Shown in pieces: positions 59,623 to 64,000 of a stretch of 64,000 bases of DNA. Within the stretch, counting starts at the first letter, position 1; the number at the start of each line of letters is the position of its first letter. The notes beneath the pieces were generated by a model. That model ran no database searches. It was not told the origin of the DNA and was given only the letters and a program-made list of their open reading frames with translations. The stretch is from an uncultured Myxococcales bacterium (GTDB lineage Bacteria; Myxococcota; Myxococcia; Myxococcales; UBA5297): positions 15,481 through 79,480 of the forward strand of contig CALEOC010000153.1 of assembly GCA_937910285.1 (NCBI GenBank), read 5' to 3'. Made by a program: the position numbers and the translations under genes.

Positions 59623-59822
59623 AGCTCCGTCGAGGAATCGCCCTTCGACTCCGTCCGCTTCCGCTCACCGCTGAGCGTAGCTCCCGACGCGCGAGCGGCG
59701 GGAGCGGAGTCGGAGGGCTCCGACTTTGGCCTCGCAACCTCGACCTGCGCTCGGGCCTCTCGACTTCGCTCGAGGTGACCGGAGGGGCGGGCCCGAGCTC
59801 GGGGAGATTCCTCGACCCCTCC
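59623..59822. mobile_element. MITE-like element
   Basis: TGA|AGCTCCGTCGAGGAATC...GATTCCTCGACCCCTCC; collinear with 33805-34005. Confidence 0.75.
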
Positions 59823-59922
59823 GGAGTGGGCGGCTTCGCCAAGACCCGCGGGCGGCTCTCGACCTGCGAAAAGTGCGGCAACTGCGGCGCCGCCCCCTGT
59901 CGCGTGGTCTACAATGCGCCCG

Positions 59923-61851
59923 ATGGATCCTTCCGCCTCACCGCAGCACACGGTCCTCGTCGTCGAGCCTCACCTGCCGACCCGCGAGCTGCTCACCTCG
60001 ACGCTCAGCCAGCACGGCTATCGCGTCCTCGCCGCCGATGAGCCGAGCCGCGCGCTCGAGCAGTGCATCTCCGAGCGGCCCGACGCGCTCCTCGTCGCCG
60101 TCGATCTGCCGCGCTACCAGGGCGCGACCCTCGGCAAGCTCGTCCGGGCGACCGAGGCGGGCGCGCGGGTGCCTATCCTCGCCATCGACAAGGCCCACCT
60201 TGGCAAGGCCAAAGGCGTCGGGGCGATCCTCGACCTGATGGTCAACGGGTACCTCGCCGACGCGAGCCGGGAGCAGGAGCTGCTCGCGCGGCTCGCCCAG
60301 CTCATCGCCGCCGCGGCCCAGGCGCCCAAGCCGACCCGGGGCATCGCGGCCACACTCTCGCGCGCGCCCGTGCTCACCGGAGAGCTGCGCGCGCGCACCC
60401 TGCCCACGCACCTCTTTTCGTGCTACCGGCTGCAGCGCGACGGCGTTCTCGTCATCGCCCATCGAGAGCTGGCCCGGCGCGTCTACCTGCTCAAGGGCGC
60501 GCCGGTGAACTACGACTCGAACGCGCGCCACGACAGCCTCGGCGTCTGGCTGCTCGAGCGCGGGACGCTGACCAGCCAGGCGCACGGCGAAATGCTCGGG
60601 CTGATGCGCGACGACGCGCTCTCCCCTGGCGCCGCGCTGGTCGCCATCGGCGCGGTCGAGCCGGGCGAGCCGCTGCTCGCGCTGCTGCGCGACTACGCGC
60701 GCGCGAAGATCATCGAGGCCTACGCGACGCCTCAGGGCCGCTACGGCTTTCACGCGGGAGCCGAGTTCAGCGACGAAATCCCCGCGCTCGAGTTGGCCGC
60801 GCTCGGCCCGCTTTACCACTCGGCGCGAGGGACCTGGCCGGTCAAAGCCTTCGCCGCGCCGCTCGCGCCGAACATGAGCTCCTACCCCTCGCGAAGCCCC
60901 GACTTCGCGCAGCTCCTCCCCTCGCTCGGCTTGGGCACCGGGGACCTGAAGCTCGCCCTGACCATCAACGGGCACCAGACGCTGCGCGAGCTGCTCGCGG
61001 GCTGTCGCGACCTCCGCCATTCGCTCGCGCTGCTCTGGTACCTGTCGCTCGTCGAGGCGGTGCGCTTCGAGCGGCAGCCGACCCGTGCGGAGGCGACCGC
61101 GGGCTTCGCGATCCAGGAGTCCGCGCCTGCCCGGCGGCGCAAGCCGCTGCCCGAGGAGAAGGCCAACGAGCTGCGCGAGGAGGCGGTGCGCATCCTCACC
61201 GCCAGCTACTTTCGCGTGCTCGGCCTGGACATCACCGCCGACGCCGAGGCGGTCGAGAAGGCCTTCCACGAGGTCGCCACGCGGTTTCACCCCGAGACGT
61301 ACGCCGAGTTCGACCTGGGCCCGATAGAGGATCTGCTCTCCTCGGTCCAGGACCGCGTCTCGGCGGCCTATCGGGTGCTCTCCGACGGCGAGAAGCGCAA
61401 GGCCTACGTCAGCTACGTGCTGTCGCGCGCCGAGGTCTCGCGGGCGGGCACCCCGCATCCCGGGGCTGAGATCGAGCTCAAGCGCGGCGAGAACCTGATG
61501 AAGAGGGGCGACTGGCGCGGCGCGCTCAACTCGTTCGAGCAGGCCGTCAGCCTCAACCCGCGCGAGCCCGAGTACTACAGCTTCCTTGCCTGGGCGACGT
61601 TCAAGGCCGGCGTCGGCGGCCTTGCCGACCGCGGGCGCGCCGCGCTCAAGCTGCTCAAGAAGGCCGTGGCGATGAACCCGACGCTCGAGCGGCCGCAGGT
61701 CATCCGCGCCATCGTCGAGGACGAGCTCGGCGATCCCGGCGGGGCGCGCCGCACGCTGCTCAAGCTGCTGAAGACGAACCCCGACTCGGTACTCGCCAAG
61801 AAGACGCTGCAGGGCCTGTCGAAGCGCCGCGGGGCCGGGGAGAGGCTGTAG
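59923..61851 (+). CDS. Receiver-like, DUF4388-like, DnaJ and TPR multidomain protein
   Basis: Atypical receiver domain (VVEP, AVDLP), J domain YFRVLGL...FHPE...AYRVLSD..KRKAY, C-terminal TPRs. Confidence 0.8.
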   Translation: MDPSASPQHTVLVVEPHLPTRELLTSTLSQHGYRVLAADEPSRALEQCISERPDALLVAVDLPRYQGATLGKLVRATEAGARVPILAIDKAHLGKAKGVGAILDLMVNGYLADASREQELLARLAQLIAAAAQAPKPTRGIAATLSRAPVLTGELRARTLPTHLFSCYRLQRDGVLVIAHRELARRVYLLKGAPVNYDSNARHDSLGVWLLERGTLTSQAHGEMLGLMRDDALSPGAALVAIGAVEPGEPLLALLRDYARAKIIEAYATPQGRYGFHAGAEFSDEIPALELAALGPLYHSARGTWPVKAFAAPLAPNMSSYPSRSPDFAQLLPSLGLGTGDLKLALTINGHQTLRELLAGCRDLRHSLALLWYLSLVEAVRFERQPTRAEATAGFAIQESAPARRRKPLPEEKANELREEAVRILTASYFRVLGLDITADAEAVEKAFHEVATRFHPETYAEFDLGPIEDLLSSVQDRVSAAYRVLSDGEKRKAYVSYVLSRAEVSRAGTPHPGAEIELKRGENLMKRGDWRGALNSFEQAVSLNPREPEYYSFLAWATFKAGVGGLADRGRAALKLLKKAVAMNPTLERPQVIRAIVEDELGDPGGARRTLLKLLKTNPDSVLAKKTLQGLSKRRGAGERL

Positions 61852-62032
61852 GCGGGCGAGGGCTCGGGAGCCGGCTGAGGTTGGGGACCTGCCGCGGGCG
61901 GTAGATGCGAAGCTGCGCTCGGCCGCCGAGGGCGGTGGGCCGAGGATGGCGGCCTGTCGTGGGAGTGAGCTTCTCCGCTCCCTTGCCACGATCCTCCGTT
62001 GGCCGGAACGTTGTCGTGCGAGGTCCGAGATC

Positions 62033-62338
62033 ATGCCGAGCGAGCGTGTCACGGTCACCCTGCCGTCCGACGTCCTCCGAGCGATCGACCGCCTTGAGAG
62101 GAACCGCAGCAAGTTCGTGCTCGAGGCCGTCCTGCGTGAGCTCCAACGCCGCCGACGCGAGGGACTGAAGCGATCGCTTTCAAACCCGCATCCGGAAAGC
62201 GAACTGCTCGCCGATGCAGGGTTCGACGAATGGGCCAGCCGCCTTTCGCCACAAGACGCCGCAGGCCTTGTCGACGTCGAGGCGGGAACTCCCGTGCGCT
62301 GGGTTCCTGGCAAGGGATGGGTGGAGACGAAAAAATGA
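62033..62338 (+). CDS. Ribbon-helix-helix antitoxin
   Basis: RVTVTLPSDVLRAID...NRSKFVLEAV; ATGA overlap with the toxin gene. Confidence 0.85.
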   Translation: MPSERVTVTLPSDVLRAIDRLERNRSKFVLEAVLRELQRRRREGLKRSLSNPHPESELLADAGFDEWASRLSPQDAAGLVDVEAGTPVRWVPGKGWVETKK

Positions 62339-62716
62339 CGCTCGGGCGAGGCACAGTCATCCTCCGAGATCTCGACCCGACGGTCGGCCACGAGCAACAC
62401 GGCGTCAGGCCGTGTCTTGTCGTCAGTGACCGAGACGTGGTTTCCGAACCAGCGCTTCCCGCTGGTCTGCGTGGTTCCGGTGTCCGGGACCACAGGCGAA
62501 GGCGCTCTCCATCCCGAGCTGTCACCAGGGCGCAGCGGACTGATGCAGCGGTCATTCGCGCTGATTGACCATTTGCGCTCGGTGGACAAGCGGCGGGTGC
62601 GACGCGTCTTCGGGCAGATCCCCTCCGACGAGATGAGCGCAGTAGATGACGGATTGGCGCTCTTCCTCGGACTCGGAGATCAACTGGCGTCGCCACCGAC
62701 GCCGGGCGTCCTGTAG
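62335..62716 (+). pseudogene. PemK/MazF-family toxin with a +1 frameshift near 62445
   Basis: LDPTVGHEQHGVRPCLVVS in one frame, QRFPLVCVVPVS...DHLRSVDKRR in the next; 382 bp = 3n+1. Confidence 0.85.
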
Positions 62717-62991
62717 CGGGTGGCAAGCGGGCAGGGCCCAGATCTCGCGCGCGTGTCGGCAGGGTTGACGGCCCCGCCTCGCGGTGATGGTCCAGACGAG
62801 CCGCCATGCTCGAGCGAGTCGCTCGCCTCCACGACGAAGCCACATCCTCGATTCGCCACGCGGCGTCGTGACCGGGGACGGAAATTGAGCGCCTCCACCA
62901 CCGGCGAGTCGCCGGCCACCGAGGAAGCGGTGCTGTGCCTCTCCGGCAGCTCTCCGTTCGCTTCTTGACCTCGCCTTGCACTTGACGGTCT

Positions 62992-64000
62992 ATGACCGCC
63001 GCCATGGAACCCCGCGCCGCCTCCGCCCCCGACGATCGCCGCCGCTACGGCCGCTACTACACGCCCCGGCCGCTGGTGCGCGCGCTCTATCGCCTGCTCG
63101 CCTCGGCGCTCGGGACGGACGGGCTCGATCCTTCCGCCTGCGCGCTGCTCGATCCGGCTTGCGGCGACGGCGCGTTCCTCGGCGCCCCCGAGGCCGAGAC
63201 CTTCGGGCGGGCCCTGGGGCTCGACCTCGACACCGCGGCGGTGAGCGCCGCGCGCGCGGCGGCGCCCGGAGCGCTGATTCTCGAGGGCGATGCCTATGGC
63301 GACGGCCTGACCGGCCTGGCCAACGAGGTCAAAGGCCGAGGGCCGCTCGTCGTCATCGGCAACCCGCCCTACGTCGGCAACTCGGAGCTGCTGCGCAGCG
63401 GGCGCTATCAGGAGATCCGCGACGCGCTGCTGCCCTTTGCCCGCGAGGTCGCCCGCAGGACCAGCATCCGCGACGACTACGTGCTCTTCTTCGGAGTCGC
63501 CGACCGCCTTATCGAGGCCGCCGGCGGGCGCGGGGCGATTGCCTTCGTCACCAGCGCCTCCTTCGTCGACAACTTTCTCTACGCGCCGCTGCGCCGCTGG
63601 CTGCTGTCGCGCTACCGGTTGTATGCGCTGGTCGAGGCGGGCGAGCGGCTCTTCGACGGGGCGCGCGTCGCGACGGTGCTCTCTGTCTGGACGCGGCGCG
63701 AGGGCGATCCGGACCGGCCCTTCCTCCACGCGCGCCTCGACGGCTCGGTCGAGGAGCGGCTCGCGGCTCTCGAGCGCGGGCCCAAGCTCTCCAAGACGCG
63801 CCCACACGGCGAGGCGCACCTGCTCAACGCCCCCGAGGAGAAGTCCGCGAGCGCTGCCGCCCGCATGCGCGAGAGCGGCGCTCCGGTCGGCTCGGTGCTC
63901 CGCGTCAGCTTCCCGGGGCTGAAGACCCGCTTCGACGAGCTGCTGACGGCCGACAGCCGCGAGGGGCTCGCCGAGCGGATGCGCGAGCTCTTCGAGGCGG
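62992..64000 (+). CDS. N6-adenine DNA methyltransferase (3'-truncated), type IIG/ISP-like MTase with probable target-recognition domain
   Basis: Absent from the ORF track because it has no stop in the window. Hand translation gives YGRYYTP, LLDPACGDGAFL, VIGNPPY, DDYVLFF and GLKTRFD. Confidence 0.88.
   Translation, partial: MTAAMEPRAASAPDDRRRYGRYYTPRPLVRALYRLLASALGTDGLDPSACALLDPACGDGAFLGAPEAETFGRALGLDLDTAAVSAARAAAPGALILEGDAYGDGLTGLANEVKGRGPLVVIGNPPYVGNSELLRSGRYQEIRDALLPFAREVARRTSIRDDYVLFFGVADRLIEAAGGRGAIAFVTSASFVDNFLYAPLRRWLLSRYRLYALVEAGERLFDGARVATVLSVWTRREGDPDRPFLHARLDGSVEERLAALERGPKLSKTRPHGEAHLLNAPEEKSASAAARMRESGAPVGSVLRVSFPGLKTRFDELLTADSREGLAERMRELFEA

Noticed and set aside
56560-62589. 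937-aa and 883-aa minus-strand ORFs
   Set aside because: Shadows of plsB and the REC-DnaJ-TPR gene.

Overview
High-GC bacterial window; the gene content (Ser/Thr kinase and PP2C, ECF sigma/DUF4384/caspase module, EGF-repeat and Cys-rich lipoproteins, REC-DnaJ-TPR protein) suggests Myxococcota (inference). It holds about 50 genes: housekeeping genes (ligA, acyP, pilD, galT, rimI, dnaJ, plsB-like, pseudouridine synthase), envelope and signalling genes, and defence-type genes near both ends (partial DUF1998 helicase-nuclease, DUF262 plus HipA pair, RHH plus frameshifted MazF, partial N6-adenine methyltransferase). Main highlights: (1) a phosphonate gene cluster at 42.0-49.5 kb that joins the 2-aminoethylphosphonate pathway and two cytidylyltransferase domains to a eukaryote-type CEPT/EPT-like CDP-alcohol transferase and a sphingomyelin-synthase-like enzyme, a candidate bacterial route to ceramide-aminoethylphosphonate; (2) a coupled DUF262-HipA pair with no HipB, a candidate sensor-kinase defence or TA system; (3) a MITE-like family often inserted at TGA stop codons, one copy lying in frame in the N-terminus of a lipoprotein gene; (4) a diverged 120-bp copy of the pseudouridine synthase 3' end beyond a 42-bp tandem array. 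No rRNA, tRNA, CRISPR array, transposase or integrase was recognised. All calls come from reading motifs by eye; no searches were run.
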